Shown: in pieces, positions 1 through 15,000 of the stretch
Layout of the letters: each line of letters opens with the position of its first letter
Position numbering within the stretch: the first letter of the stretch is position 1
Assembly (NCBI GenBank): GCA_964016885.1
Contig: OZ024741.1
Span: forward strand, 40,114,001-40,178,000
Origin: Eledone cirrhosa
Taxonomy: Eukaryota
DNA length: 64,000 nucleotides
Direction: 5' to 3'
Notes under the pieces: model-generated
The model's input: the letters and a program-made list of their open reading frames with translations, nothing else
Told to the model about the DNA's origin: nothing
The model's database searches: none
Translations under genes and position numbers: made by a program

Positions 1-3000
1 TGATGATGGTTGTGTTGATGGTGGTATCCTTGCTGGTGGTGTTGATGATGGTTGTGTTGATGGTGGTATCCTTGGTGGTGGTGTTGATGATGGTTGTGTT
101 GATGGTGGTATACTTGGTTGTGGTGTTGATGATGGTTGTGTTGATGGTGGTATCCTTGGTGATGTTGATGATGGTTGTGTTGATGGTGGTATCCTTGCTG
201 GTGGTGTTGATGATGGTTGTGTTGATGGTGGTATCCTTGGTGGTGGTGTTGATGATGGTTGTGTTGATGGTGGTATCATTGGTTGTGGTGTTGTTGATGG
301 TTGTGTTGATGGTGGTATCGTTGGTGATGTTGATGATGGTTGTGTTGATGGTGGTATCCTTGGTGGTGGTGTTGTTGATGGTTGTGTTGATGGTGGTATC
401 CTTGGTGGTGGTGTTGATGATGGTTGTGTTGATGGTGGTATCCTTGGTGGTGGCGTTGATGATGGTTGTGTTGATGGTGGTATCCTTGGTGGTGGTGTTG
501 ATGATGGTTGTGTTGATGCTGGTATCCTTGGTGATGTTGATGATGGTTGTTTTGATGGTGGTATCCTTGGTTGTGGTGTTGTTGATGGTTGTGTTGATGG
601 TGGTATCCTTGGTTGTGGTGTTGATGATGGTTGTGTTGATGGTGGTATCCTTGGTGGTGGTGTTGATGATGGTTGTGTTGATGGTGGTATCCTTGGTTGT
701 GGTGTTGTTGATGGTTGTGTTGATGGTGGTATCCTTGGTTGTGGTGTTGTTGATGGTTGTGTTGATGGTGGTATCCTTGGTGGTGGTGTTGATGATTGTT
801 GTGTTGTTTGTGGTATCCTTGGTGGTGATGTTGATGATGGTTGTGTTGTTGGTGGTATCCTTGGTGGTGGTGTTGATGATGGTTGTGTTGATGGTGGTAT
901 CCTTGGTGCTGGTGTTGATGATGGTTGTGTTGGTGGTATCCTTGCTGGTGGTGTTGATGATGGTTGTGTTGATGGTGGTATCCTTGGTGGTGGTGTTGAT
1001 GATGGTTGTGTTGATGGTGGTATCCTTGGTGGTGATGTTGATGATGGTTGTGTTGATGGTGGTATGCTTGGTGGTGGTGTTGATGGTGGTTGTGTTGATG
1101 GTGGTATCCTTGGTTGTGGTGTTGTTGATGGTTGTGTTGTTTGTGGTATCCTTGGTGGTGATGTTGATGATGGTTGTGTTGTTGGTGGTATCCTTGGTGG
1201 TGGTGTTGATGATGGTTGTGTTGATGGTGGTATGCTTGGTGGTGGTGTTGATGATGGTTGTGTTGATGGTGGTATCCTTGGTTGTGGTGTTGTTGATGGT
1301 TGTGTTGTTTGTGGTATCCTTGGTGGTGATGTTGATGATGGTTGTGTTGTTGGTGGTATCCTTGGTGGTGGTGTTGATGATGGTTGTGTTGATGGTGGTA
1401 TCCTTGGTGGTGGTGTTGATGATGGTTGTGTTGATGGTGGTATCCTTGCTGGTGGTGTTGATGATGGTTGTGTTGATGGTGGTATCCTTGGTGGTGGTGT
1501 TGATGATGGTGTGTTGATGATGGTATCCTTGGTGGTGGTGTTGATGATGGTTGTGTTGTTGGTGGTATCCTTGGTGGTGGTGTTGATGATGGTTGTGTTG
1601 ATGGTGGTATCCTTGGTGGTGGTGTTGATGATGGTTGTGTTGATGGTGGTATCCTTGGTGGTGGTGTTGATGATGGTGTGTTGATGGTGGTATCCTTGGT
1701 GGTGGTGTTGATGATGGTTGTGTTGATGGTGGTATCCTTGCTGGTGGTGTTGATGATGGTTGTGTTGATGGTGGTATCCTTGGTGGTGGTGTTGATGATG
1801 GTGTGTTGATGATGGTATCCTTGGTGGTGGTGTTGATGATGGTTGTGTTGTTTGTGGTATCCTTGGTGGTGATGTTGATGATGGTTGTGTTGTTGGTGGT
1901 ATCCTTGGTGGTGGTGTTGATGATGGTTGTGTTGATGGTGGTATCCTTGGTTGTGGTGTTGATGATGGTTGTGTTGAGGGTGGTATCCTTGGTTGTGGTG
2001 TTGATGATGGTTGTGTTGATGGTGGTATCCTTGGTTCTGGTGTTGATGATGGTTGAGTTGATGGTGGTATCCTTGGTGGTGGTGTTGATGATGGTTGTGT
2101 TGATGGTGGTATCCTTGGTTGTGGTGTTGATGATGGTTGTGTTGATGGTGGTATCCTTGGTTGTGGTGTTGATGATGGTTGTGTTGATGGTGGTATCCTT
2201 GGTTGTGGTGTTGATGGTGGTTGTGTTGATGGTGGTATCCTTGGTGGTGGTGTTGATGATGGTTGTGTTGATGGTGGTATCCTTGGTTGTGGTGTTGATG
2301 ATGGTTGTGTTGATGGTGGTATCCTTGGTTGTGGTGTTGATGGTGGTTGTGTTGATGGTGGTATCCTTGGTGGTGGTGTTGATGATGGTTGTGTTGATGG
2401 TGGTATCCTTGGTTGTGGTGTTGATGATGGTTGTGTTGATGGTGGTATCCTTGGTTGTGGTGTTGATGGTGGTTGTGTTGATGGTGGTATCCTTGGTGGT
2501 GGTGTTGATGATGGTTGTGTTGATGGTGGTATCCTTGCTGGTGGTGTTGATGATGGTTGTGTTGATGGTGGTATCCTTGGTTGTGGTGTTGATGGTGGTT
2601 GTGTTGATGGTGGTATCCTTGGTTCTGGTGTTGATGATGGTTGTGTTGATGGTGGTATCCTTGGTTGTGGTGTTGATGATGGTTGTGTTGATGGTGGTAT
2701 CCTTGGTTGTGGTGTTGATGATGGTTGTGTTGATGGTGGTATCCTTGGTTGTGGTGTTGATGATGGTTGTGTTGATGGTGGTATCCTTGGTTGTGGTGTT
2801 GATGATGGTTGTGTTGATGGTGGTATCCTTGGTTGTGGTGTTGATGATGGTTGTGTTGATGGTGGTATCCTTGGTTGTGGTGTTGATGGTGGTTGTGTTG
2901 ATGGTGGTATCCTTGGTTGTGGTGTTGATGATGGTTGTGTTGATGGTGGTATCCTTGGTTGTGGTGTTGATGATGGTTGTGTTGATGGTGGTATCCTTGG

Positions 3001-6000
3001 TTGTGGTGTTGATGGTGGTTGTGTTGATGGTGGTATCCTTGGTTGTGGTGTTGATGGTGGTTGTGTTGATGGTGGTATCCTTGGTTGTGGTGTTGATGAT
3101 GGTTGTGTTGATGGTGGTATCCTTGGTTGTGGTGTTGATGATGGTTGTGTTGATGGTGGTATCCTTGGTTGTGGTGTTGATGGTGGTTGTGTTGATGGTG
3201 GTATCCTTGGTTGTGGTGTTGATGATGGTTGTGTTGATGGTGGTATCCTTGGTTGTGGTGTTGATGATGGTTGTGTTGATGGTGGTATCCTTGGTTGTGG
3301 TGTTGATGATGGTTGTGTTGATGGTGGTATCCTTGGTTGTGGTGTTGATGATGGTTGTGTTGATGGTGGTATCCTTGGTTGTGGTGTTGATGATGGTTGT
3401 GTTGATGGTGGTATCCTTGGTTGTGGTGTTGATGATGGTTGTGTTGATGGTGGTATCCTTGGTTGTGGTGTTGATGGTGGTTGTGTTGATGGTGGTATCC
3501 TTGGTGGTGGTGTTGATGATGGTTGTGTTGATGGTGGTATCCTTGCTGGTGGTGTTGATGATGGTTGTGTTGATGGTGGTATCCTTGGTTGTGGTGTTGA
3601 TGATGGTTGTGTTGATGGTGGTATCCTTGGTTCTGGTGTTGATGATGGTTGTGTTGATGGTGGTATCCTTGGTTGTGGTGTTGATGATGGTTGTGTTGAT
3701 GGTGGTATCCTTGGTTCTGGTGTTGATGATGGTTGTGTTGATGGTGGTATCCTTGGTGATGTTGATGATGTTTGTGTTGATGGTGGTATCCTTGGTTGTG
3801 GTGTTGTTGATGGTTGTGTTGATGGTGGTATCCTTGGTGGTGGTGTTGTTGATGGTTGTGTTGATGGTGGTATCCTTGGTGGTGGTGTTGATGATGGTTG
3901 TGTTGATGGTGGTATCCTTGGTGGTGGTGTTGATGATGGTTGTGTTGATGGTGGTATCCTTGGTTCTGGTGTTGATGATGGTTGTGTTGATGATGGTATC
4001 CTTGGTTGTGATTTGATGGTTGTGTTGATGGTGGTATCCTTGGTTGTGGTGTTGTTGATGGTTGTGTTGATGGTGGTATCCTTGGTGGTGGTGTTGATGG
4101 TGGTTGTGTTGATGGTGGTATCCTTGGTGGTGGTGTTGATGGTGGTTGTGTTGATGGTGGTATCCTTGATGGTGGTGTTGTTGATGGTTGTGTTGATGGT
4201 GGTATCCTTGGTGGTGGTGTTGATGGTGGTTGTGTTGATGGTGGTATCCTTGGTTGTGATTTGATGGTTGTGTTGATGGTGGTATCCTTGGTTGTGGTGT
4301 TGTTGATGGTTGTGTTGATGGTGGTATCCTTGGTTGTGGTGTTGATGATGGTTGTGTTGATGGTGGTATCCTTAGTGGTGGTGTTGATGATGGTTGTGTT
4401 GATGGTGGTATACTTGGTTGTGGTGTTGATGATGGTTGTGTTGATGGTGGTATCCTTGGTGATGTTGATGATGGTTGTGTTGATGGTGGTATCCTTGGTG
4501 GTGGTGTTGTTGATGGTTGTGTTGATGGTGGTATCCTTGGTGGTGGTGTTGATGATGGTTGTGTTGATGGTGGTATCCTTGGTTGTGGTGTTGATGATGG
4601 TTGTGTTGATGGTGGTATCCTTGGTTCTGGTGTTGATGATGGTTGTGTTGATGGTGGTATCCTTGGTGGTGGTGTTGATGATGGTTGTGTTGATGCTGGT
4701 ATCCTTGGTGATGTTGATGATGGTTGTGTTGATGGTGGTATCCTTGGTTGTGGTGTTGATGATGGTTGTGTTGTTTGTGGTATCCTTGGTGGTGATGTTG
4801 ATGATGGTTGTGTTGATGGTGGTATCCTTGGTTGTGGTGTTGTTGATGGTTGTGTTGATGGTGGTATCCTTGGTTGTGGTGTTGATGATGGTTGTGTTGA
4901 TGGTGGTATCCTTGGTTGTGTTGTTGTTGATGGTTGTGTTGATGGTGGTATCCTTGGTGGTGGTGTTGATGATGGTTGTGTTGATGGTGGTATCCTTGGT
5001 TGTGGTGTTGATGATGGTTGTGTTGTTTGTGGTATCCTTGGTGGTGATGTTGATGATGGTTGTGTTGATGGTGGTATCCTTGCTGGTGGTGTTGATGATG
5101 GTTGTGTTGATGGTGGTATCCTTGGTGGTGGTGTTGATGATGGTTGTGTTGATGGTGGTATCCTTGGTTGTGGTGTTGATGATGGTTGTGTTGATGGTGG
5201 TATCCTTGGTTCTGGTGTTGATGATGGTTGTGTTGATGGTGGTATCCTTGGTTGTGGTGTTGTTGATGGTTGTGTTGATGGTGGTATCCTTGCTGGTGAT
5301 GTTGATGATGGTTGTGTTGATAGTGGTATCCTTGCTGGTGGTGTTGATGATGGTTGTGTTGATGGTGGTATCCTTGGTGGTGGTGTTGATGATGGTTGTG
5401 TTGATGGTGGTATCCTTGGTTGTGGTGTTGATGATGGTTGTGTTGATGGTGGTATCCTTGGTTCTGGTGTTGATGATGGTTGTGTTGATGGTGGTATCCT
5501 TGGTTGTGGTGTTGATGATGGTTGTGTTGATGGTGGTATCCTTGGTTCTGGTGTTGATGATGGTTGAGTTGATGGTGGTATCCTTGGTGGTGGTGTTGAT
5601 GATGGTTGTGTTGATGGTGGTATCCTTGGTTGTGGTGTTGATGATGGTTGTGTTGATGGTGGTATCCTTGGTTGTGGTGTTGATGATGGTTGTGTTGATG
5701 GTGGTATCCTTGGTTGTGGTGTTGATGATGGTTGTGTTGATGGTGGTATCCTTGGTTGTGGTGTTGATGATGGTTGTGTTGATGGTGGTATCCTTTGTGG
5801 TGGTGTTGTTGATGGTTGTGTTGATGGTGGTATCCTTTGTGGTGGTGTTGTTGATGGTTGTGTTGATGGTGGTATCCTTAGTTGTGGTGTTGATGATGGT
5901 TGTGTTGATGGTGGTATCCTTGGTAGTGGTGTTGATGATGGTTGTGTTGATGGTGGTATCCTTGGTTGTGGTGTTGATGATGGTGTGTTGATGGTGGTAT

Positions 6001-9000
6001 CCTTGGTAGTGGTGTTGATGATGGTTGTGTTAATGGCGGAATCATTGGTTGTGGTGTTGATGATGGTGTGTTGATGGTGGTATCCTTGGTTGTGGTGTTG
6101 ATGATGGTTGTGTTGATGGTGGTATCCTTGGTAGTGGTGTTGATGATGGTTGTGTTGTTTGTGGTATCCTTGGTGGTGGTGTTGATGATGGTTGTGTTGA
6201 TGGTGGTATCCTTGGTAGTGGTGTTGATGATGGTTGTGTTGTTTGTGGTATCCTTGGTGGTGGTGTTGATGATGGTTGTGTTGATGGTGGTATCCTTGGT
6301 GGTGGTGTTGATGATGGTTGTGTTGATGGTGGTATCCTTGGTTGTGATGTTGATGATGGTTGTGTTGATGGTGGTATCCTTGGTAGTGGTGTTGATGATG
6401 GTTGTGTTGTTTGTGGTATCCTTGGTTGTGATGTTGATGATGGTTGTGTTGATGGTGGTATCCTTGGTGGTGGTGTTGATGATGGTTGTGTTGATGGTGG
6501 TATCCTTGGTTGTGATGTTGATGATGGTTGTGTTGATGGTGGTATCCTTGGTGGTGTTGATGATGGTTGTGTTGATGGTGGTATCCTTGGTTGTGGTGTT
6601 GTTGATGGTTGTGATGATGGTGGTATCCTTGGTGGTGGTGTTGATGGTGGTTGTGTTGATGGTGGTATCCTTGGTGATGTTGATGATGGTTGTGTTGATG
6701 GTGGTATCCTTGGTGGTGGTGTTGTTGATGGTTGTGTTGATGGTGGTATCCTTGGTAGTGGTGTTGATGATGGTTGTGTTGATGGTGGTATCCTTGGTTG
6801 TGGTGTTGATGATGGTTGTGTTGATGGTGGTATCCTTGGTAGTGGTGTTGATGATGGTTGTGTTGATGGTGGTATCCTTGGTAGTGGTGTTGATGATGGT
6901 TGTGTTGATGGTGGTATCCTTGGTTGTGGTGTTGATGATGGTTGTGTTGATGGTGGTATCCTTGGTAGTGGTGTTGATGATGGTTGTGTTGATGGTGGTA
7001 TCCTTGGTAGTGGTGTTGATGATGGTTGTGTTGATGGTGGTATCCTTGGTAGTGGTGTTGATGATGGTGTGTTGATGGTGGTATCCTTGGTTGTGGTGTT
7101 GATGATGGTTGTGTTGATGGTGGTATCCTTGGTTGTGGTGTTGATGATGGTTGTGTTGATGGTGGTATCCTTGGTTGTGGTGTTGATGATGGTTGTGTTG
7201 ATGGTGGTATCCTTGGTTGTGGTGTTGATGATGGTTGTGTTGATGGTGGTATCCTTGGTTGTGGTGTTGATGATGCTTGTGTTGATGGTGGTATCCTTGG
7301 TTGTGGTGTTGATGATGGTTGTGTTGATGGTGGTATCCTTGGTTGTGGTGTTGATGATGGTTGTGTTGATGGTGGTATCCTTGGTTGTGGTGTTGATGGT
7401 GGTTGTGTTGATGGTGGTATCCTTGGTGGTGGTGTTGATGATGGTTGTGTTGATGGTGGTATCCTTGGTTGTGGTGTTGATGATGGTTGTGTTGATGGTG
7501 GTATCCTTGGTTGTGGTGTTGATGGTGGTTGTGTTGATGGTGGTATCCTTGGTGGTGGTGTTGATGATGGTTGTGTTGATGGTGGTATCCTTGGTTGTGG
7601 TGTTGATGATGGTTGTGTTGATGGTGGTATCCTTGGTTGTGGTGTTGATGGTGGTTGTGTTGATGGTGGTATCCTTGGTGGTGGTGTTGATGATGGTTGT
7701 GTTGATGGTGGTATCCTTGCTGGTGGTGTTGATGATGGTTGTGTTGATGGTGGTATCCTTGGTTGTGGTGTTGATGGTGGTTGTGTTGATGGTGGTATCC
7801 TTGGTTCTGGTGTTGATGATGGTTGTGTTGATGGTGGTATCCTTGGTTGTGGTGTTGATGATGGTTGTGTTGATGGTGGTATCCTTGGTTGTGGTGTTGA
7901 TGATGGTTGTGTTGATGGTGGTATCCTTGGTTGTGGTGTTGATGATGGTTGTGTTGATGGTGGTATCCTTGGTTGTGGTGTTGATGATGGTTGTGTTGAT
8001 GGTGGTATCCTTGGTTGTGGTGTTGATGATGGTTGTGTTGATGGTGGTATCCTTGGTTGTGGTGTTGATGGTGGTTGTGTTGATGGTGGTATCCTTGGTT
8101 GTGGTGTTGATGATGGTTGTGTTGATGGTGGTATCCTTGGTTGTGGTGTTGATGATGGTTGTGTTGATGGTGGTATCCTTGGTTGTGGTGTTGATGGTGG
8201 TTGTGTTGATGGTGGTATCCTTGGTTGTGGTGTTGATGGTGGTTGTGTTGATGGTGGTATCCTTGGTTGTGGTGTTGATGATGGTTGTGTTGATGGTGGT
8301 ATCCTTGGTTGTGGTGTTGATGATGGTTGTGTTGATGGTGGTATCCTTGGTTGTGGTGTTGATGGTGGTTGTGTTGATGGTGGTATCCTTGGTTGTGGTG
8401 TTGATGATGGTTGTGTTGATGGTGGTATCCTTGGTTGTGGTGTTGATGATGGTTGTGTTGATGGTGGTATCCTTGGTTGTGGTGTTGATGATGGTTGTGT
8501 TGATGGTGGTATCCTTGGTTGTGGTGTTGATGATGGTTGTGTTGATGGTGGTATCCTTGGTTGTGGTGTTGATGATGGTTGTGTTGATGGTGGTATCCTT
8601 GGTTGTGGTGTTGATGATGGTTGTGTTGATGGTGGTATCCTTGGTTGTGGTGTTGATGGTGGTTGTGTTGATGGTGGTATCCTTGGTGGTGGTGTTGATG
8701 ATGGTTGTGTTGATGGTGGTATCCTTGCTGGTGGTGTTGATGATGGTTGTGTTGATGGTGGTATCCTTGGTTGTGGTGTTGATGATGGTTGTGTTGATGG
8801 TGGTATCCTTGGTTCTGGTGTTGATGATGGTTGTGTTGATGGTGGTATCCTTGGTTGTGGTGTTGATGATGGTTGTGTTGATGGTGGTATCCTTGGTTCT
8901 GGTGTTGATGATGGTTGTGTTGATGGTGGTATCCTTGGTGATGTTGATGATGTTTGTGTTGATGGTGGTATCCTTGGTTGTGGTGTTGTTGATGGTTGTG

Positions 9001-12000
9001 TTGATGGTGGTATCCTTGGTGGTGGTGTTGTTGATGGTTGTGTTGATGGTGGTATCCTTGGTGGTGGTGTTGATGATGGTTGTGTTGATGGTGGTATCCT
9101 TGGTGGTGGTGTTGATGATGGTTGTGTTGATGGTGGTATCCTTGGTTCTGGTGTTGATGATGGTTGTGTTGATGATGGTATCCTTGGTTGTGATTTGATG
9201 GTTGTGTTGATGGTGGTATCCTTGGTTGTGGTGTTGTTGATGGTTGTGTTGATGGTGGTATCCTTGGTGGTGGTGTTGATGGTGGTTGTGTTGATGGTGG
9301 TATCCTTGGTGGTGGTGTTGATGGTGGTTGTGTTGATGGTGGTATCCTTGATGGTGGTGTTGTTGATGGTTGTGTTGATGGTGGTATCCTTGGTGGTGGT
9401 GTTGATGGTGGTTGTGTTGATGGTGGTATCCTTGGTTGTGATTTGATGGTTGTGTTGATGGTGGTATCCTTGGTTGTGGTGTTGTTGATGGTTGTGTTGA
9501 TGGTGGTATCCTTGGTTGTGGTGTTGATGATGGTTGTGTTGATGGTGGTATCCTTAGTGGTGGTGTTGATGATGGTTGTGTTGATGGTGGTATACTTGGT
9601 TGTGGTGTTGATGATGGTTGTGTTGATGGTGGTATCCTTGGTGATGTTGATGATGGTTGTGTTGATGGTGGTATCCTTGGTGGTGGTGTTGTTGATGGTT
9701 GTGTTGATGGTGGTATCCTTGGTGGTGGTGTTGATGATGGTTGTGTTGATGGTGGTATCCTTGGTTGTGGTGTTGATGATGGTTGTGTTGATGGTGGTAT
9801 CCTTGGTTCTGGTGTTGATGATGGTTGTGTTGATGGTGGTATCCTTGGTTGTGGTGTTGATGATGGTTGTGTTGATGGTGGTATCCTTGGTTCTGGTGTT
9901 GATGATGGTTGTGTTGATGGTGGTATCCTTGGTTCTGGTGTTGATGATGGTTGTGTTGATGGTGGTATCCTTGGTTCTGGTGTTGATGATGGTTGTGTTG
10001 ATGGTGGTATCCTTGGTGGTGGTGTTGATGATGGTTGTGTTGATGCTGGTATCCTTGGTGATGTTGATGATGGTTGTGTTGATGGTGGTATCCTTGGTTG
10101 TGGTGTTGATGATGGTTGTGTTGTTTGTGGTATCCTTGGTGGTGATGTTGATGATGGTTGTGTTGATGGTGGTATCCTTGGTTGTGGTGTTGTTGATGGT
10201 TGTGTTGATGGTGGTATCCTTGGTTGTGGTGTTGATGATGGTTGTGTTGATGGTGGTATCCTTGGTTGTGTTGTTGTTGATGGTTGTGTTGATGGTGGTA
10301 TCCTTGGTGGTGGTGTTGATGATGGTTGTGTTGATGGTGGTATCCTTGGTTGTGGTGTTGATGATGGTTGTGTTGTTTGTGGTATCCTTGGTGGTGATGT
10401 TGATGATGGTTGTGTTGATGGTGGTATCCTTGCTGGTGGTGTTGATGATGGTTGTGTTGATGGTGGTATCCTTGGTGGTGGTGTTGATGATGGTTGTGTT
10501 GATGGTGGTATCCTTGGTTGTGGTGTTGATGATGGTTGTGTTGATGGTGGTATCCTTGGTTCTGGTGTTGATGATGGTTGTGTTGATGGTGGTATCCTTG
10601 GTTGTGGTGTTGTTGATGGTTGTGTTGATGGTGGTATCCTTGCTGGTGATGTTGATGATGGTTGTGTTGATAGTGGTATCCTTGCTGGTGGTGTTGATGA
10701 TGGTTGTGTTGATGGTGGTATCCTTGGTGGTGGTGTTGATGATGGTTGTGTTGATGGTGGTATCCTTGGTTGTGGTGTTGATGATGGTTGTGTTGATGGT
10801 GGTATCCTTGGTTCTGGTGTTGATGATGGTTGTGTTGATGGTGGTATCCTTGGTTGTGGTGTTGATGATGGTTGTGTTGATGGTGGTATCCTTGGTTCTG
10901 GTGTTGATGATGGTTGAGTTGATGGTGGTATCCTTGGTGGTGGTGTTGATGATGGTTGTGTTGATGGTGGTATCCTTGGTTGTGGTGTTGATGATGGTTG
11001 TGTTGATGGTGGTATCCTTGGTTGTGGTGTTGATGATGGTTGTGTTGATGGTGGTATCCTTGGTTGTGGTGTTGATGATGGTTGTGTTGATGGTGGTATC
11101 CTTGGTTGTGGTGTTGATGATGGTTGTGTTGATGGTGGTATCCTTTGTGGTGGTGTTGTTGATGGTTGTGTTGATGGTGGTATCCTTTGTGGTGGTGTTG
11201 TTGATGGTTGTGTTGATGGTGGTATCCTTAGTTGTGGTGTTGATGATGGTTGTGTTGATGGTGGTATCCTTGGTAGTGGTGTTGATGATGGTTGTGTTGA
11301 TGGTGGTATCCTTGGTTGTGGTGTTGATGATGGTGTGTTGATGGTGGTATCCTTGGTAGTGGTGTTGATGATGGTTGTGTTAATGGCGGAATCATTGGTT
11401 GTGGTGTTGATGATGGTGTGTTGATGGTGGTATCCTTGGTTGTGGTGTTGATGATGGTTGTGTTGATGGTGGTATCCTTGGTAGTGGTGTTGATGATGGT
11501 TGTGTTGTTTGTGGTATCCTTGGTGGTGGTGTTGATGATGGTTGTGTTGATGGTGGTATCCTTGGTAGTGGTGTTGATGATGGTTGTGTTGTTTGTGGTA
11601 TCCTTGGTGGTGGTGTTGATGATGGTTGTGTTGATGGGGGTATCCTTGGTTGTGGTGTTGATGATGGTTGTGTTGATGGTGGTATCCTTGGTTGTGGTGT
11701 TGATGATGGTTGTGTTGATGGTGGTATCCTTGGTAGTGGTGTTGATGATGGTTGTGTTGTTTGTGGTATCCTTGGTGGTGGTGTTGATGATGGTTGTGTT
11801 GATGGTGGTATCCTTGGTAGTGGTGTTGATGATGGTTGTGTTGTTTGTGGTATCCTTGGTGGTGGTGTTGATGATGGTTGTGTTGATGGTGGTATCCTTG
11901 GTGGTGGTGTTGATGATGGTTGTGTTGATGGTGGTATCCTTGGTTGTGATGTTGATGATGGTTGTGTTGATGGTGGTATCCTTGGTAGTGGTGTTGATGA

Positions 12001-15000
12001 TGGTTGTGTTGTTTGTGGTATCCTTGGTTGTGATGTTGATGATGGTTGTGTTGATGGTGGTATCCTTGGTGGTGGTGTTGATGATGGTTGTGTTGATGGT
12101 GGTATCCTTGGTTGTGATGTTGATGATGGTTGTGTTGATGGTGGTATCCTTGGTGGTGTTGATGATGGTTGTGTTGATGGTGGTATCCTTGGTTGTGGTG
12201 TTGTTGATGGTTGTGATGATGGTGGTATCCTTGGTGGTGGTGTTGATGGTGGTTGTGTTGATGGTGGTATCCTTGGTGATGTTGATGATGGTTGTGTTGA
12301 TGGTGGTATCCTTGGTGGTGGTGTTGTTGATGGTTGTGTTGATGGTGGTATCCTTGGTAGTGGTGTTGATGATGGTTGTGTTGATGGTGGTATCCTTGGT
12401 TGTGGTGTTGATGATGGTTGTGTTGATGGTGGTATCCTTGGTAGTGGTGTTGATGATGGTTGTGTTGATGGTGGTATCCTTGGTAGTGGTGTTGATGATG
12501 GTTGTGTTGATGGTGGTATCCTTGGTTGTGGTGTTGATGATGGTTGTGTTGATGGTGGTATCCTTGGTAGTGGTGTTGATGATGGTTGTGTTGATGGTGG
12601 TATCCTTGGTAGTGGTGTTGATGATGGTTGTGTTGATGGTGGTATCCTTGGTAGTGGTGTTGATGATGGTGTGTTGATGGTGGTATCCTTGGTTGTGGTG
12701 TTGATGATGGTTGTGTTGATGGTGGTATCCTTGGTTGTGGTGTTGATGATGGTTGTGTTGATGGTGGTATCCTTGGTTGTGGTGTTGATGATGGTTGTGT
12801 TGATGGTGGTATCCTTGGTTGTGGTGTTGATGATGGTTGTGTTGATGGTGGTATCCTTGGTTGTGGTGTTGATGATGCTTGTGTTGATGGTGGTATCCTT
12901 GGTTGTGGTGTTGATGATGGTTGTGTTGATGGTGGTATCCTTGGTTGTGGTGTTGATGATGGTTGTGTTGATGGTGGTATCCTTGGTTGTGGTGTTGATG
13001 ATGGTTGTGTTGATGGTGGTATCCTTGGTTGTGGTGTTGATGATGCTTGTGTTGATGGTGGTATCCTTGGTTGTGGTGTTGATGATGGTTGTGTTGATGG
13101 TGGTATCCTTGGTTGTGGTGTTGATGATGGTTGTGTTGATGGTGGTATCCTTGGTTGTGGTGTTGATGATGGTTGTGTTGATGGTGGTATCCTTGGTTGT
13201 GGTGTTGATGATGGTTGTGTTGATGGTGGTATCCTTGGTTGTGGTGTTGATGATGGTTGTGTTGATGGTGGTATCCTTGGTTGTGGTGTTGATGATGGTT
13301 GTGTTGATGGTGGTATCCTTTGTGGTGGTGTTGTTGATGGTTGTGTTGATGGTGGTATCCTTTGTGGTGGTGTTGTTGATGGTTGTGTTGATGGTGGTAT
13401 CCTTAGTTGTGGTGTTGATGATGGTTGTGTTGATGGTGGTATCCTTGGTAGTGGTGTTGATGATGGTTGTGTTGATGGTGGTATCCTTGGTTGTGGTGTT
13501 GATGATGGTGTGTTGATGGTGGTATCCTTGGTAGTGGTGTTGATGATGGTTGTGTTAATGGCGGAATCATTGGTTGTGGTGTTGATGATGGTGTGTTGAT
13601 GGTGGTATCCTTGGTTGTGGTGTTGATGATGGTTGTGTTGATGGTGGTATCCTTGGTAGTGGTGTTGATGATGGTTGTGTTGTTTGTGGTATCCTTGGTG
13701 GTGGTGTTGATGATGGTTGTGTTGATGGTGGTATCCTTGGTAGTGGTGTTGATGATGGTTGTGTTGTTTGTGGTATCCTTGGTGGTGGTGTTGATGATGG
13801 TTGTGTTGATGGGGGTATCCTTGGTTGTGGTGTTGATGATGGTTGTGTTGATGGTGGTATCCTTGGTTGTGGTGTTGATGATGGTTGTGTTGATGGTGGT
13901 ATCCTTGGTAGTGGTGTTGATGATGGTTGTGTTGTTTGTGGTATCCTTGGTGGTGGTGTTGATGATGGTTGTGTTGATGGTGGTATCCTTGGTAGTGGTG
14001 TTGATGATGGTTGTGTTGTTTGTGGTATCCTTGGTGGTGGTGTTGATGATGGTTGTGTTGATGGTGGTATCCTTGGTGGTGGTGTTGATGATGGTTGTGT
14101 TGATGGTGGTATCCTTGGTTGTGATGTTGATGATGGTTGTGTTGATGGTGGTATCCTTGGTAGTGGTGTTGATGATGGTTGTGTTGTTTGTGGTATCCTT
14201 GGTGGTGGTGTTGATGATGGTTGTGTTGATGGTGGTATCCTTGGTGGTGGTGTTGATGATGGTTGTGTTGATGGTGGTATCCTTGGTTGTGATGTTGATG
14301 ATGGTTGTGTTGATGGTGGTATCCTTGGTGGTGGTGTTGATGATGGTTGTGTTGATGGTGGTATCCTTGGTAGTGGTGTTGATGATGGTTGTGTTGATGG
14401 TGGTATCCTTGGTGGTGGTGTTGATGATGGTTGTGTTGATGGTGGTATCCTTGGTAGTGGTGTTGATGATGGTTGTGTTGATGGTGGTATCCTTGGTGGT
14501 GGTGTTGATGATGGTTGTGTTGATGGTGGTATCCTTGGTAGTGGTGTTGATGATGGTTGTGTTGATGGTGGTATCCTTGGTGGTGGTGTTGATGATGGTT
14601 GTGTTGATGGTGGTATCCTTGGTGGTGGTGTTGATGATGGTTGTGTTGATGGTGGTATCCTTGGTAGTCGTGTTGATGATGGTTGTGTTGATGGTGGTAT
14701 CCTTGGTAGTGGTGTTGATGATGGTTGTGTTGTTTGTGGTATCCTTGGTGGTGGTGTTGATGATGGTTGTGTTGATGGTGGTATCCTTGGTGGTGGTGTT
14801 GATGATGGTTGTGTTGATGGTGGTATCCTTGGTAGTGGTGTTGATGATGGTTGTGTTGATGGTGGTATCCTTGGTGGTGGTGTTGATGATGGTTGTGTTG
14901 ATGGTGGTATCCTTGGTAGTGGTGTTGATGATGGTTGTGTTGTTTGTGGTATCCTTGGTGGTGATGTTGATGATGGTTGTGTTGATGGTGGTATCCTTGG

